DNA of 37,308 bases, taken from a virus (lineage: Duplodnaviria; Heunggongvirae; Uroviricota; Caudoviricetes). The notes below the pieces were generated by a model, which worked only from the letters and a program-made list of their open reading frames with translations, did not search any database and was not told the origin of the DNA. Below, piece by piece: positions 1 to 10,145 of the stretch; within the stretch, counting starts at the first letter, position 1, and each line of letters starts with the position of its first letter. Both the position numbers and the translations under genes were made by a program. The stretch lies in the IMG/VR virus record IMGVR_UViG_2684623059_000004, one strand, 5' to 3'.

Positions 1-258
1 ATGCAAACCGTTATTTTTGGGCGCCCGGGATGTCCTTACTGCGTGCGAGCGAAAGATCTGGCAGAGCAGTTGAGCAACGAACGTGATGATTTTCAGTATC
101 AGTATGTTGATATTCGTGCTGAAGGGATCACTAAAGAAGATTTGCAGCAGAAAGCCGGGAAGCCTGTAGAAACCGTGCCGCAGATTTTTGTCGATCAGCA
201 ACACATTGGCGGCTATACCGATTTTGCCGCATGGGTGAAAGAGAATCTTGACGCCTGA
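1..258 (+). CDS. grxA: glutaredoxin 1
   Basis: 85-aa ORF starting at base 1; CPYC active-site motif (GRPGCPYCVRAK); host backbone gene. Confidence 0.9.
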   Translation: MQTVIFGRPGCPYCVRAKDLAEQLSNERDDFQYQYVDIRAEGITKEDLQQKAGKPVETVPQIFVDQQHIGGYTDFAAWVKENLDA

Positions 259-289
259 TCGCCGGATAAGCCCTCTCTGTTTGAGGGCT

Positions 290-667
290 TTATTGATTTT
301 TTCTGTGATGTGGCTTGAACAGATTGCTGATAAATAAGAAGCACAACGCTCCCAGCGCACACCAGAAGACTGCACTTAATAACCACGCCAGCTCCTGCCA
401 AAATGAGCGGGTGGGAGAAAAAAACAGTCGCATAATTAACATCGAGCACGGTGCTGCCAGCATTGCGCCAAACAGCGGTTTAAGAACTTCTCTACGCTGT
501 GAAAAAAAGCTGGCAACCGCTCCAGGAAGAATGAAAAACAGCAGACCGATTTCAGGGTGCCCGGCAGCCCGAAAAGCGCCTTTCATATGCGTCGCCAGAA
601 AGAGGCACACCACAATGAAAAGGACAAAACAGCAGATTGCCCCCGCCCAACGTTGTTTATGTTTCAC
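290..667 (-). CDS. ybjM: inner membrane protein YbjM
   Basis: 125-aa hydrophobic ORF between grxA and ybjL, matching the known E. coli grxA-ybjM-ybjL neighbourhood. Confidence 0.65.
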   Translation of the reverse strand: MKHKQRWAGAICCFVLFIVVCLFLATHMKGAFRAAGHPEIGLLFFILPGAVASFFSQRREVLKPLFGAMLAAPCSMLIMRLFFSPTRSFWQELAWLLSAVFWCALGALCFLFISNLFKPHHRKNQ

Positions 668-935
668 TCGTTCCTCCTGACACTGCGTCTATCGAACACA
701 TTTTTCGCCAGTGTGGCGTTCAGTAAGATAAAGCCGCTTCGCATTCCATGCTAATATAGGCCAACGCAATTCTTATAGCCGCTGGTACCTAATGTGATTA
801 CACTAGTAAAATATATTGTTGCTTTACTATCGTTTAGGTGCGCTGAATGAATCTGCGCCCTGAGTTCTGGTAAAAACATTATCGTAAATTACCATTTCTT
901 TCAACAGCTTACTCGTAAACAAGAAGTTAGTCTCC

Positions 936-2621
936 GTGAATATAAACGTCGCCGAATTGTTAAATGGGAATTACATTCTGTTATTATTTGTGGTCCTCGC
1001 GCTTGGGCTGTGTCTCGGGAAATTACGACTTGGCTCAATCCAACTGGGTAATTCCATTGGCGTTTTGGTCGTATCGCTGTTATTAGGCCAACAACATTTC
1101 AGCATTAACACCGACGCACTGAATCTTGGTTTTATGCTGTTTATTTTCTGCGTCGGGGTCGAAGCCGGACCCAACTTTTTTTCCATTTTTTTTCGCGATG
1201 GGAAAAATTATCTAATGTTAGCCCTGGTAATGGTCGGCAGTGCGCTGCTGATCGCCTTAGGGCTGGGTAAGCTGTTTGGCTGGGACATCGGCCTGACAGC
1301 CGGGATGTTAGCTGGCTCCATGACTTCAACACCAGTTCTGGTTGGTGCCGGCGATACGTTACGCCATTCTGGTATGGAAAGCAGGCAGCTCTCTCTGGCA
1401 CTGGATAATCTTAGCCTCGGGTATGCGTTAACCTATTTAATTGGTCTGGTCAGTCTGATTGTCGGCGCGCGTTATTTACCGAAGTTGCAGCATCAGGACT
1501 TGCAGACCAGTGCTCAACAGATCGCCCGTGAACGAGGTCTGGACACCGACGCCAGCCGTAAAGTCTATTTACCTGTCATCCGCGCCTACCGCGTCGGCCC
1601 GGAACTGGTTGCATGGACCGACGGCAAAAATCTGCGAGAACTGGGCATCTATCGGCAAACGGGTTGCTATATCGAGCGTATCCGCCGTAATGGGATTCTG
1701 GCGAACCCGGATGGCGATGCCGTGCTGCAAATGGGTGATGAAATTGCGTTGGTCGGTTACCCTGACGCCCACGCCCGACTCGATCCCAGCTTCCGTAACG
1801 GTAAAGAAGTTTTTGATCGTGACCTTCTCGATATGCGTATCGTCACTGAAGAGGTAGTAGTTAAAAACCATAACGCCGTTGGTAAACGTCTGGCGCAATT
1901 GAAATTGACCGATCACGGTTGCTTCCTTAACCGCGTCATCCGCAGCCAGATAGAGATGCCAATCGATGACAACGTGGTACTTAATAAAGGTGACGTGTTG
2001 CAAGTCAGTGGTGATGCCCGTCGCGTGAAAACCATCGCCGATCGCATTGGCTTTATCTCAATTCACAGCCAGGTTACCGATTTGCTGGCATTCTGCGCAT
2101 TCTTTGTCATTGGTCTGATGATTGGGATGATCACTTTCCAGTTCAGTACATTTAGCTTTGGCATGGGTAATGCTGCCGGATTGTTATTTGCCGGTATTAT
2201 GCTGGGCTTTATGCGCGCCAACCATCCTACCTTCGGCTATATTCCGCAGGGTGCCTTAAGCATGGTGAAAGAGTTCGGTTTGATGGTGTTTATGGCAGGC
2301 GTTGGTTTAAGCGCCGGTAGCGGCATCAATAACGGCCTTGGTGCAATTGGCGGTCAAATGCTAATTGCCGGATTGATTGTCAGTCTGGTGCCAGTGGTTA
2401 TCTGCTTCCTGTTCGGTGCTTACGTACTGCGTATGAACCGCGCGCTGTTATTCGGCGCAATGATGGGAGCACGTACTTGCGCTCCGGCAATGGAGATTAT
2501 CAGCGATACTGCGCGCAGTAATATCCCGGCGCTGGGCTATGCAGGTACCTATGCAATAGCTAACGTGCTACTGACGCTGGCGGGGACAATCATTGTAATG
2601 GTGTGGCCAGGACTCGGATAA
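936..2621 (+). CDS. ybjL: putative AAE-family transporter YbjL
   Basis: 561-aa ORF with hydrophobic N- and C-terminal halves separated by a soluble central region; position next to ybjM. Confidence 0.8.
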   Translation: MNINVAELLNGNYILLLFVVLALGLCLGKLRLGSIQLGNSIGVLVVSLLLGQQHFSINTDALNLGFMLFIFCVGVEAGPNFFSIFFRDGKNYLMLALVMVGSALLIALGLGKLFGWDIGLTAGMLAGSMTSTPVLVGAGDTLRHSGMESRQLSLALDNLSLGYALTYLIGLVSLIVGARYLPKLQHQDLQTSAQQIARERGLDTDASRKVYLPVIRAYRVGPELVAWTDGKNLRELGIYRQTGCYIERIRRNGILANPDGDAVLQMGDEIALVGYPDAHARLDPSFRNGKEVFDRDLLDMRIVTEEVVVKNHNAVGKRLAQLKLTDHGCFLNRVIRSQIEMPIDDNVVLNKGDVLQVSGDARRVKTIADRIGFISIHSQVTDLLAFCAFFVIGLMIGMITFQFSTFSFGMGNAAGLLFAGIMLGFMRANHPTFGYIPQGALSMVKEFGLMVFMAGVGLSAGSGINNGLGAIGGQMLIAGLIVSLVPVVICFLFGAYVLRMNRALLFGAMMGARTCAPAMEIISDTARSNIPALGYAGTYAIANVLLTLAGTIIVMVWPGLG

Positions 2622-2733
2622 ACCTGAAGTTGCCCTGAGAATGAAATTTTTTTGCACAAGCGCAGAACTTTTCTTCGGGGCATCAGTCTTAATTAGTGCC
2701 ACTGCTTTTCTTTGATGTCCCCATTTTGTGGAG

Positions 2734-2777
2734 CCCATCAACCCCGCCATTTAGGTTCAAGGTTGATGGGTTTTTTG
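2734..2777 (+). terminator. rho-independent terminator-like hairpin downstream of ybjL, near the prophage junction
   Basis: perfect 10-bp stem cccatcaacc (2734-2743) / ggttgatggg (2761-2770) followed by tttttt. Confidence 0.5.
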
Positions 2778-2856
2778 TTGCCTGATTTTTATGCCGTTTA
2801 AAATCATGATGTTAGAAGCATTGCTTTTTAATGATGGCGACAAAATGGCGGCAGCG

Positions 2857-3075
2857 TCAAAGAGAGAGCGCCACCTGTCCTGATTTCATTGGATGCGGCT
2901 GAACCGGATTTGACTCTTTTGGCGTTGCAATCGAACGAACAAAAGTTTCATGGGTAACAAAAGTGTGGCTGCAGTTAATGTTCTGGCACTGGTTGTAACG
3001 CTCTTTGGTCAATGAAGATACCTGAAAACTGCTGCGAGTATGGGCAGCACTTCCACACAGTGGGCAAATCATCAT
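2857..3075 (-). CDS. ogr: Ogr/Delta-type zinc-finger late-gene activator
   Basis: CPLC...CQNINC zinc-finger pattern; 72 aa from the internal Met (MMICPLCG), which matches P2 Ogr length; the first ATG at 3108 is probably not the start. Confidence 0.75.
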   Translation of the reverse strand: MMICPLCGSAAHTRSSFQVSSLTKERYNQCQNINCSHTFVTHETFVRSIATPKESNPVQPHPMKSGQVALSL

Positions 3076-3165
3076 TTTTCGAGTTCTCCCCATTTTTGCT
3101 AAATTCACAATAATGATACCGTATTATTCCATTTTGCAAACTTAAAAGTTCTCCATTGCGAAGAA

Positions 3166-4266
3166 TCACTCCATTTCGAAATCATCAATCCTCACTTCAA
3201 GCTCCAGACTGGTCGTAAAACCGTTATCCGGGCTGACAGTATGCGTCAGGGTGGTAATAGTCCATTCCGCATCATCTATCGGCTGTTTAAAGCCACTGAC
3301 TTTCACTGGCATTTCCGTGTAGAGATCTGCCCGCCCTTCTGCCAGTTGTAACGAGAATGACGCAACGCCGCGTTGCAGGCGTTCCCACTGCATTTTCGCC
3401 GCTCGTTCGGCGTTGCTCCGGTTGGCATAAGTGCGATTAAGTACCAGCACGTTTTCATCCGTACCCACCAGGTAATCGCCCTGCTTCGCTTCTGGCTCTT
3501 TCTTCTGCTTCTTAGTTCTGCGCTTACGCTTCACCGTGGTGCTTTCTTTCTTCGCGGGTTCGCGGGTATGCAACCAACTGGCAATTACGCCCGTATAGGC
3601 TCCGCGATCTGCCAGGGTAAAGCGGTGACTGTCGCCGTCCTTGCGTGTGATAGTGATCACCGGCAGAGGTCTACCGCTGGCGCTTTTGCCCTGTCCCTGC
3701 CGGATGAATAACAGATTGCCATTTTTCACCGACGCAATAGCACCGTACTGGCGCGCCAGCCGCATCAGAAAACTGCCGTCACTCTCATTGGTCTGGTCTA
3801 TATGTTCCACGGGCTTATCCGACAGGTCTTTACCCAGTGCCACCTTCAGCTTGTGCCGCGCGGCTATTTCCTTCACCACTTCCCCGACGGTGGTCTTGTG
3901 CCACGACTTTTCACGACGGGTATTCAGCGTTTCCCGAAAATCAGCACTTCGCGCCCGGATAGTCAGGCGGTCCGGTGCGCCAGTGTGTTCAATCTCGTCC
4001 ACCGTGAATGCCCCTTTAGGGAAAAGCGGCTGCCCCTTCCAGCCCAGCGCCAGCGTAATGACCGCACCACGGCGCGGCAGCACGATTTTTCCGTCAGCGT
4101 CGTCCAGCTCCAGATCAAGCTGGTCTGCCTCAAAGCCCCGATTGTCCGTCAGCGTCAGACTCATCAGGCGGTTATCCAGCACAGTGGTGATATCCCTGCC
4201 CTCAATACTGATGCTGAATGCCGGAGTTTTGTTGCCTTTGTTAAGCAGCTCAGAGCTGAAATTCAC
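3166..4266 (-). CDS. D: tail protein D
   Basis: 366-aa ORF in the P2 gpD position, ATGA-coupled to U; sequence resembles P2 D from memory. Confidence 0.8.
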   Translation of the reverse strand: MNFSSELLNKGNKTPAFSISIEGRDITTVLDNRLMSLTLTDNRGFEADQLDLELDDADGKIVLPRRGAVITLALGWKGQPLFPKGAFTVDEIEHTGAPDRLTIRARSADFRETLNTRREKSWHKTTVGEVVKEIAARHKLKVALGKDLSDKPVEHIDQTNESDGSFLMRLARQYGAIASVKNGNLLFIRQGQGKSASGRPLPVITITRKDGDSHRFTLADRGAYTGVIASWLHTREPAKKESTTVKRKRRTKKQKKEPEAKQGDYLVGTDENVLVLNRTYANRSNAERAAKMQWERLQRGVASFSLQLAEGRADLYTEMPVKVSGFKQPIDDAEWTITTLTHTVSPDNGFTTSLELEVRIDDFEME

Positions 4267-4748
4267 GACAGCAGCCCTCCCACCGTTTTACTTATATCGC
4301 TTAAGGCAGATGTTGCCGTTTCCTGCAGATTATTCAGTTGCACACTGAGATCACCGAACATATCGGACAGGGATTCATCCACCCGTTTGAGCGACAGGGT
4401 GAATTCAATCCGGCGCGGCATACCGTCGCGGAAAAACTCCGTTTTAGTCTGATTCAGTCCCTCAATCACATACATGCCATAAATCGTGCCGCTGCCTTCA
4501 ATCAGGGGCCATGCTTTCCCCTGTTCTGCCATCTGCTCCAGTGCCAGCAACGACAGCCTGCCACCTGTTATCTCCGGCATAAGAACACCGGAAAGCGTCA
4601 GCATGTCGTTGTCCGGTCCCAGAAACTGCGTGGACGGACGTCGGTTTACCCGGCTGTTTGCCGCATGTCGCCAGCTGCGTTGATACTGCAGCTCCTGATA
4701 CGGCACGGTGCGCAGCATAAACACGTACAATCCCAGCACCATCATCAT
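4263..4748 (-). CDS. U: tail protein U
   Basis: 161-aa ORF between T and D, overlapping both. Confidence 0.8.
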   Translation of the reverse strand: MMMVLGLYVFMLRTVPYQELQYQRSWRHAANSRVNRRPSTQFLGPDNDMLTLSGVLMPEITGGRLSLLALEQMAEQGKAWPLIEGSGTIYGMYVIEGLNQTKTEFFRDGMPRRIEFTLSLKRVDESLSDMFGDLSVQLNNLQETATSALSDISKTVGGLLS

Positions 4749-7700
4749 GCGTCGTATCCCCCCTGATCGCTGTAGTTACTCCTGGCTTTTGCCTTCAGCC
4801 TGCGTTCACGTTCATCAAGCTGGCGTGCCACCTCCCGCGCAATATCCTGCGCACTTTGTCCTGGCTGCGTCTGGATGATGATCTGCGTCGGTGCCTCAAT
4901 CCGGTGAACGGGCGGCACTGTAGCTGCGCGACTCACCATCGCTTCGCCGCCTTTCGCGGGAAGCGCCAAAGGATGCAACGGTGGAAGCTCTGCTGGCGCG
5001 GCAGCAACGCCCATCATTCCGGCGACAACCGCAGCCAGTGCAGCTGTATTTCTCCGGCTGGTCACGTTTGCCGGACCGTTGACAATTTCAGGCCCGTTTT
5101 CACCGACAATGCCGAACTGCCCGCGCGGGATATAGCCGCCGCTGTCATACATCCCCGCAAAGCCATATCCCCATGACGGAAAACCACCCGATGGCATCAT
5201 CACTTTACCGTCTGCATTCACCGTCGCAGGTTGCTGACGCGTCACGCTTTCCGGCAGTTTCGCCTTTGCAGCCTCTTTACTGACAATGCCGAGTTTATCA
5301 AGCAACCAGGAAACGCCGGATTTCAGGGAGTCCAGCGGATGCATGACCATATTCAGCCCTTCCGCCAGTGCCTCCCCGAATCGTCGCCCCATTGCCGCTG
5401 CACTCTGCAGTTCGGCAGAGGTCGACTTAACGGGCGTCAGCAGATCAGTAAACCAGTCCCACAGCGCCTGTACTTTGTCGCCAATCCACTGGAACACGGG
5501 CTTAAGCGGTTCGAATGCTTCACTGACGGAACCTGCCGCCGCTTTGAATCCTTCCACCACGCCACCGAGAAATGCGGTGATGGGTTGCCAGTATTTCCAG
5601 ACAACCAGCGCCACGCCCGCCAGTGCAGTAACCACAAGACCTATCGGACTGAGCAGAGCACCTAACAGACCAGATACGGCATACAGGGCAACGCGCAGCA
5701 TCGCCAGTGGACCAGATGCCAGTACTCGCAGCACCGTGCCTGCGGCGGCCAGTCCACCGCGCAGTACCGCCAGAGGATTCATAAACATCACAGCAACAGC
5801 ACGTAAACCGGATAATCCAGACCGCAAAAGTGCAACTGGCGCACCTGCTACAGTTTTCAGGACATTTCCCGTCAGTGATGCCGTGCGGCGCAAAGACGAC
5901 AACGGCGCAGTAAGTAAACCTGCGGCGTTGCCCGATGAAGCAAGCCCGCGTCGCAGCAGTGCCAGTGGAGCGCCAGCCAGCCAGGACAACGCGTTGCTGG
6001 TTCGAGTTACTGCTGCCGTAACGGAAGGTAACGTTTTGATACCCAGCACAGAGAATCCCAGACGGATCACTGCCAGCGGCCCCAGCACTGCAGCCAGCGC
6101 CACCGCTAAGGTGCCGAGGCCTACGGTAACCGCAGCCACAACAGCCGCTACTTTCATCAGTGTGCCTGTCAGTTCCGGGTTAGCTTCCACCCAGCGGCGC
6201 AACGCCCCCGTAATGCTTTTCACCGTGTACAGAATATCCATCAGCGGCTGGCGCAGCGTTTCGCCCAGGCTGCTGAAGGTGTTCTGCGCTCCGGTTTTGA
6301 CCAGCAACCACTGAGCGGAAAGTGAGTCTTTGTTGATGTCGGATTCTTTCTGCATGGAACCGAGCGCATCATTGCCCGCTGTCAGTTTTAGCTGGCGCTG
6401 CAGTTCCGGAAGGTTGTTCGCCAGTTTCGCTGCATCATCACCAAACTCTTTACCAAACAACATGGTCATGGCAGACAGACGCTTGTCCTGCGGCAGTGCG
6501 TTCACCTTCTCCAGCACACGCTGGATAGTTCCCATCGCATCCTTCGTCATCTGCTTTTCAATCACTTCAGGATTGAGTTTCAGCAGATTCATCCCTTCAA
6601 AGAAACTCTTGCTTTGCATGGTGGCAATGGACAATTCACGCACCATCGCGTTTGCTGCACTGGCTGCAACCTCCGGCGCAGCACCCAGTGTCAGAAAGGT
6701 GGAACCCAGTGCCGCCGCTTTACGATAATCCAGACGGTCAGCCACACCGCCCAGACGTTGCATCACATCAATGATGTCCGCCCCTTTCGACATGGCGTTA
6801 TCATCCAGATAGTTCAGCGCATCGCCGAGCTGTTCAATATTGCGGGTAGGTATTTTGTAGAGCTGGGCGATTTTCCCCAGACTTTCTGACAGTTCATCCG
6901 CTGGCAGCTCAAAGGCTGTTGCCGCCTTTGCTGCCGTACTGGCGAAGGCCAGCAGGTCACGTTTCTGGTCTTCCCAACTGTCGTCAGGGTTTGCGACGTT
7001 CATGCGCGCACCACCTTCAACCAGTGCAGCGAAGTCCACCGCACCGTTTTCCATCGGCAACTGTTCGCTGGCAGCCTTGATGGCATCCTGCATTTCATAA
7101 AAACGTGCAGTGCGGTTGCCATTATCGTCACGCAGACCATTGACCTGCTTTGCCACACCTTTCATGGCATCTTCCATGCTGGTATAGCTTTTTACTGCCG
7201 CCATCACTGGCGCACCCATTGCCAGCCCTGCAGCCGTGGTAGTGGCTCCGGCTCCTGCGATGCGATCGCGCACTTCAAGCCGTCTTGAGTATTGTTCTCT
7301 GGCAGCGTTCATCCGTGCCTGTTGCTCACCCAGACGTTTAAGTGCTTTTTGCTGGCCCTCCAGTGCCTGCCTTGTTTCTTCAGCATTTTTCTTAAGTTCT
7401 CGCTGGGCACTACTGAGTTGTCTGGTATCAATCCCTGATTCTTTAAGTGCCTGACGTTGTCTCTGGACCGCCCCCAACAAGCCGTTATAGGTCTGCTGAA
7501 GTTCCTGTACTCGTGTTTTGGCCTGACTGAATAACTTTGCCTGCGCGGCGGTTGGCCTGTTAGTGGCAGCAAATTGTGTGGCGAGTTTTGCCGCCTCTTC
7601 GCGGGCTGCGTTCAGGTTGTTGGCTGTTATGGCTAGTTGCGAGCGCGTCTTGCGAAATTCATCAATTCTGCCAGCCTGCTTATTCAATTCTTTGAGGCTG

Positions 7701-7822
7701 TTTCGGGTATTCTGAATTGCGCCAGCCAGCTCTTTCGAACTGGCCTGTGCAGCACGGAATGGGCGGGTGAGTTTGTCAACCGCATTAAGAATGACCTGCA
7801 GGCGCAGGTTATTATCACTCAT
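4745..7822 (-). CDS. T: tail tape measure protein
   Basis: 1025-aa ORF, coiled-coil-rich N-terminus, central repeated hydrophobic PLAxLRxGL motifs; position after E/E'. Confidence 0.85.
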   Translation of the reverse strand: MSDNNLRLQVILNAVDKLTRPFRAAQASSKELAGAIQNTRNSLKELNKQAGRIDEFRKTRSQLAITANNLNAAREEAAKLATQFAATNRPTAAQAKLFSQAKTRVQELQQTYNGLLGAVQRQRQALKESGIDTRQLSSAQRELKKNAEETRQALEGQQKALKRLGEQQARMNAAREQYSRRLEVRDRIAGAGATTTAAGLAMGAPVMAAVKSYTSMEDAMKGVAKQVNGLRDDNGNRTARFYEMQDAIKAASEQLPMENGAVDFAALVEGGARMNVANPDDSWEDQKRDLLAFASTAAKAATAFELPADELSESLGKIAQLYKIPTRNIEQLGDALNYLDDNAMSKGADIIDVMQRLGGVADRLDYRKAAALGSTFLTLGAAPEVAASAANAMVRELSIATMQSKSFFEGMNLLKLNPEVIEKQMTKDAMGTIQRVLEKVNALPQDKRLSAMTMLFGKEFGDDAAKLANNLPELQRQLKLTAGNDALGSMQKESDINKDSLSAQWLLVKTGAQNTFSSLGETLRQPLMDILYTVKSITGALRRWVEANPELTGTLMKVAAVVAAVTVGLGTLAVALAAVLGPLAVIRLGFSVLGIKTLPSVTAAVTRTSNALSWLAGAPLALLRRGLASSGNAAGLLTAPLSSLRRTASLTGNVLKTVAGAPVALLRSGLSGLRAVAVMFMNPLAVLRGGLAAAGTVLRVLASGPLAMLRVALYAVSGLLGALLSPIGLVVTALAGVALVVWKYWQPITAFLGGVVEGFKAAAGSVSEAFEPLKPVFQWIGDKVQALWDWFTDLLTPVKSTSAELQSAAAMGRRFGEALAEGLNMVMHPLDSLKSGVSWLLDKLGIVSKEAAKAKLPESVTRQQPATVNADGKVMMPSGGFPSWGYGFAGMYDSGGYIPRGQFGIVGENGPEIVNGPANVTSRRNTAALAAVVAGMMGVAAAPAELPPLHPLALPAKGGEAMVSRAATVPPVHRIEAPTQIIIQTQPGQSAQDIAREVARQLDERERRLKAKARSNYSDQGGYDA

Positions 7823-8251
7823 CGTTAGCCCCGCTTCTCTGAATCGCTTTATACCGCCATTCCAGCACTTCGGTCAGCGGCATAACGTCAGTAACGGATG
7901 GCGGCCAGTGAAAAATGGTGGCGATATCTGCCACCAGATCGTCAACCGTCAGGCTGTCGGTAAACCGGCAAGCACCGACTTCTTCAACAAAAAAGTGACA
8001 ACCTCAACCGACATGGCAGTGAGATCTGCCGGGTCCATCTCTGCAATTTCCTGTGCAGTCAGCGCCGGGCTGGAGATGCGGGGGATCACGGTCATCATCG
8101 CGTTCACATCCATATCCATAATGGCCTGCAGGCGTGTACCGCGCAGCGCACCGGACTGCGGTTTACGCAGCACAATTTCGGTAATTTCTGTTTTACCACG
8201 CATGATGGGGGTATCCAGTAGAATGGTCTTTTCAGTCTGCTTATCGCTCAT
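7815..8251 (-). CDS. E+E' chaperone produced by programmed -1 frameshift
   Basis: slippery site on the minus strand at 7994..7988 in correct phase; -1 frame stays open for 57 codons and stops at 7817..7815, overlapping the T start. Confidence 0.6.
7949..8251 (-). CDS. E: tail assembly chaperone E
   Basis: 100-aa ORF upstream of T; contains the T TTT TTG slippery heptamer near its 3' end. Confidence 0.75.
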   Translation of the reverse strand: MSDKQTEKTILLDTPIMRGKTEITEIVLRKPQSGALRGTRLQAIMDMDVNAMMTVIPRISSPALTAQEIAEMDPADLTAMSVEVVTFLLKKSVLAGLPTA

Positions 8252-8305
8252 TTTGCTGTCCTGTAAATTGGGTTCTGGCGCGGCATTCCGCGCCGTTCAG
8301 ATACA

Positions 8306-8821
8306 TCAGAGGCCGAGGGCGTTGCGGTGCGCTTCCATCAAGTCCACACCGTCCACAATTTCCACCATGTTGATAAGGTCCACTTCATAGAGCACCTCAC
8401 CATTGATAGTCAGCTTCGCGTAGCTGTTGGTACTGGTCACTTTGGTGGTGTTGCTTTCGCCCGTCTTCCACTCGCCGGAATCCACTTCTTTGTGACGTCC
8501 ACGCACCACAAGCTCCACGGCCTGCACTTCCCCGGTATCATCACGCTGGATAGAGCCGGTAAAGCGCAACTGGATGCCATCCACCGTGGCTTTGCCCATC
8601 TGTTTAAACAGCAGCAGTTCAGTACCACCAATGGAAAATTCTGTGTCCAGCGCACTGTCATCAAGCCCCAGATCCACATCCACTGCACCCGGCATTCCGC
8701 CGCCGCGATACTTCTCATATTTGCGGGTGAATTTCGGCAGCGTCAGCGACTCAACGATCCCCTGCCAGTTATTCCCGTCGTTAAACAGGTTCAGGTGTTT
8801 TAATTTACGTGGTAAAGCCAT
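8306..8821 (-). CDS. FII: tail tube protein
   Basis: 171-aa ORF in the P2 FII position and of P2 FII size. Confidence 0.85.
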   Translation of the reverse strand: MALPRKLKHLNLFNDGNNWQGIVESLTLPKFTRKYEKYRGGGMPGAVDVDLGLDDSALDTEFSIGGTELLLFKQMGKATVDGIQLRFTGSIQRDDTGEVQAVELVVRGRHKEVDSGEWKTGESNTTKVTSTNSYAKLTINGEVLYEVDLINMVEIVDGVDLMEAHRNALGL

Positions 8822-8830
8822 GTTGTCCCC

Positions 8831-10003
8831 TTACGCGCTGACCTGGCTGGCGAAATTCACCAGGTACTGATCGGTGATGCGCTGACGCAGCATCAGGTTT
8901 TCAAGTGGTGGCACTGGCGTGTAGTCGTAATCGATGGTGAGTTTTCCGGCTTTCAGAGTGTCTTTGTCGTTCACCGACTCATCCAGCCAGCAATCGCCAC
9001 CAATGAGATAGCCCTGACTGACCAGGCTGCGCATTTTGGCGCGGATACCTTCGATAATGTCCCGGGCCAGCGACGGGTTAAGCGGTTTATCCACCGCCCA
9101 CATGTGTGCTTCTGCCATCGTGTCCATCAGCACCTGCGCCGTGCGGGTGTAGTTTTCGAAGGCAAAGAGCGGGTCATCACTCAGGCAGCGGGAACCCCAG
9201 AAGCGGAAACCGTCTTTGCGGATAAGGGTGGTGACGTCGTTCTGGTTCAGCAGTCCAGCATCGGTTGCCGTGTCCTGCAGATCCCAGAACACATCAGCAG
9301 AAATTCCGGTGACACCGTTAACGCCCACATTGGACAGGCTTTTGTGCCATCCGATCTGCTCGTCAATTTTTGCGCGCAGACCAAGCGCACGGGCGGTGGC
9401 ATATGCCGTTGCTTCGGCATTCAGCACCGTGTCCCAGCCAGTAAAGTCGGGCCAGATCAGCATTCCTTCGCGCTGGCTGAAGTTTTCACGGTAAGTGATC
9501 GCCTCCTGCACCGTCTTGCAGCCATACGCTGACAGGTAAGCAAACCCACGCAGGCTTTGCGCCACACTCAGCAACTCAGTAGCAACGGCTTTGTTATCGT
9601 GACCTGGCACGCCGAGAATGCGCGGTTTAACGCCGAGCTGTGACTGGGCAGATAACAGGGCTTTCATGCCTGTTTTTTTACCTTCAGCGGTCACTGCTCC
9701 GATGATATTGGTCGTGGTTTCTTCTTCCGTTTCACCCTGCGGCACACGCACAACAACGGTCACGGGTTTTGCCTGGTCAGCGATGGCGTCCAGCGAACGG
9801 GCCAGCGTACCGGACTCACCCGCTTTACCGCTGGCAGTCAGCACATCAGTGATCAGCACGGGTTTATTAAGAGGAAACATTTTTGCATCGGCATCATCGC
9901 CCGTGCAGACCATACCCACGATGGCGGTGCTCACCGTGGTAATGGATCGGGTGCCTTCGTTGACTTCAACAACGCGCACTCCGTGGTGGTAATCCTGAGC
10001 CAT
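8831..10003 (-). CDS. FI: contractile tail sheath protein
   Basis: 390-aa ORF in the P2 FI position; AGGAGG Shine-Dalgarno upstream. Confidence 0.85.
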   Translation of the reverse strand: MAQDYHHGVRVVEVNEGTRSITTVSTAIVGMVCTGDDADAKMFPLNKPVLITDVLTASGKAGESGTLARSLDAIADQAKPVTVVVRVPQGETEEETTTNIIGAVTAEGKKTGMKALLSAQSQLGVKPRILGVPGHDNKAVATELLSVAQSLRGFAYLSAYGCKTVQEAITYRENFSQREGMLIWPDFTGWDTVLNAEATAYATARALGLRAKIDEQIGWHKSLSNVGVNGVTGISADVFWDLQDTATDAGLLNQNDVTTLIRKDGFRFWGSRCLSDDPLFAFENYTRTAQVLMDTMAEAHMWAVDKPLNPSLARDIIEGIRAKMRSLVSQGYLIGGDCWLDESVNDKDTLKAGKLTIDYDYTPVPPLENLMLRQRITDQYLVNFASQVSA

Positions 10004-10079
10004 AGTGGCGAACCTCCTGATTGGATTAGGCTTCGCCCTATGTTGAAGTGATTGTGCCTGACAAACAGCTAAGCGCAGT

Positions 10080-10097
10080 TGTGTCGTTATTCACACA
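10080..10097 (-). promoter_or_regulatory. candidate Ogr-dependent late promoter element upstream of FI
   Basis: exact TGT-N12-ACA dyad (tgtgtcgttattcacaca) about 85 bp upstream of the FI start codon. Confidence 0.45.
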
Positions 10098-10145
10098 AAA
10101 TAACGGTATTTGTCCGCTTACAGGAAAAATCAAAATAATGCTGAC

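Noticed and set aside
315-680. 121-aa plus-strand ORF overlapping ybjM
   Set aside because: Antisense to the hydrophobic ybjM frame in the conserved host locus; no ribosome-binding site; basic low-complexity translation typical of a shadow ORF.
2640-2860. tRNA gene as integration target at the prophage junction
   Set aside because: No cloverleaf-compatible sequence seen; the only strong structure is a simple terminator-like hairpin with a T tract.
3641-4452. Two plus-strand ORFs (235 and 216 aa) overlapping D and U
   Set aside because: Antisense shadows of well-supported tail genes; Arg/Ser-rich and no start context.
5286-6314. 342-aa plus-strand ORF inside the tape measure gene
   Set aside because: Antisense to T in a GC-rich region; Ser/Ala/Pro/Arg-rich low-complexity translation; would break the conserved late operon.
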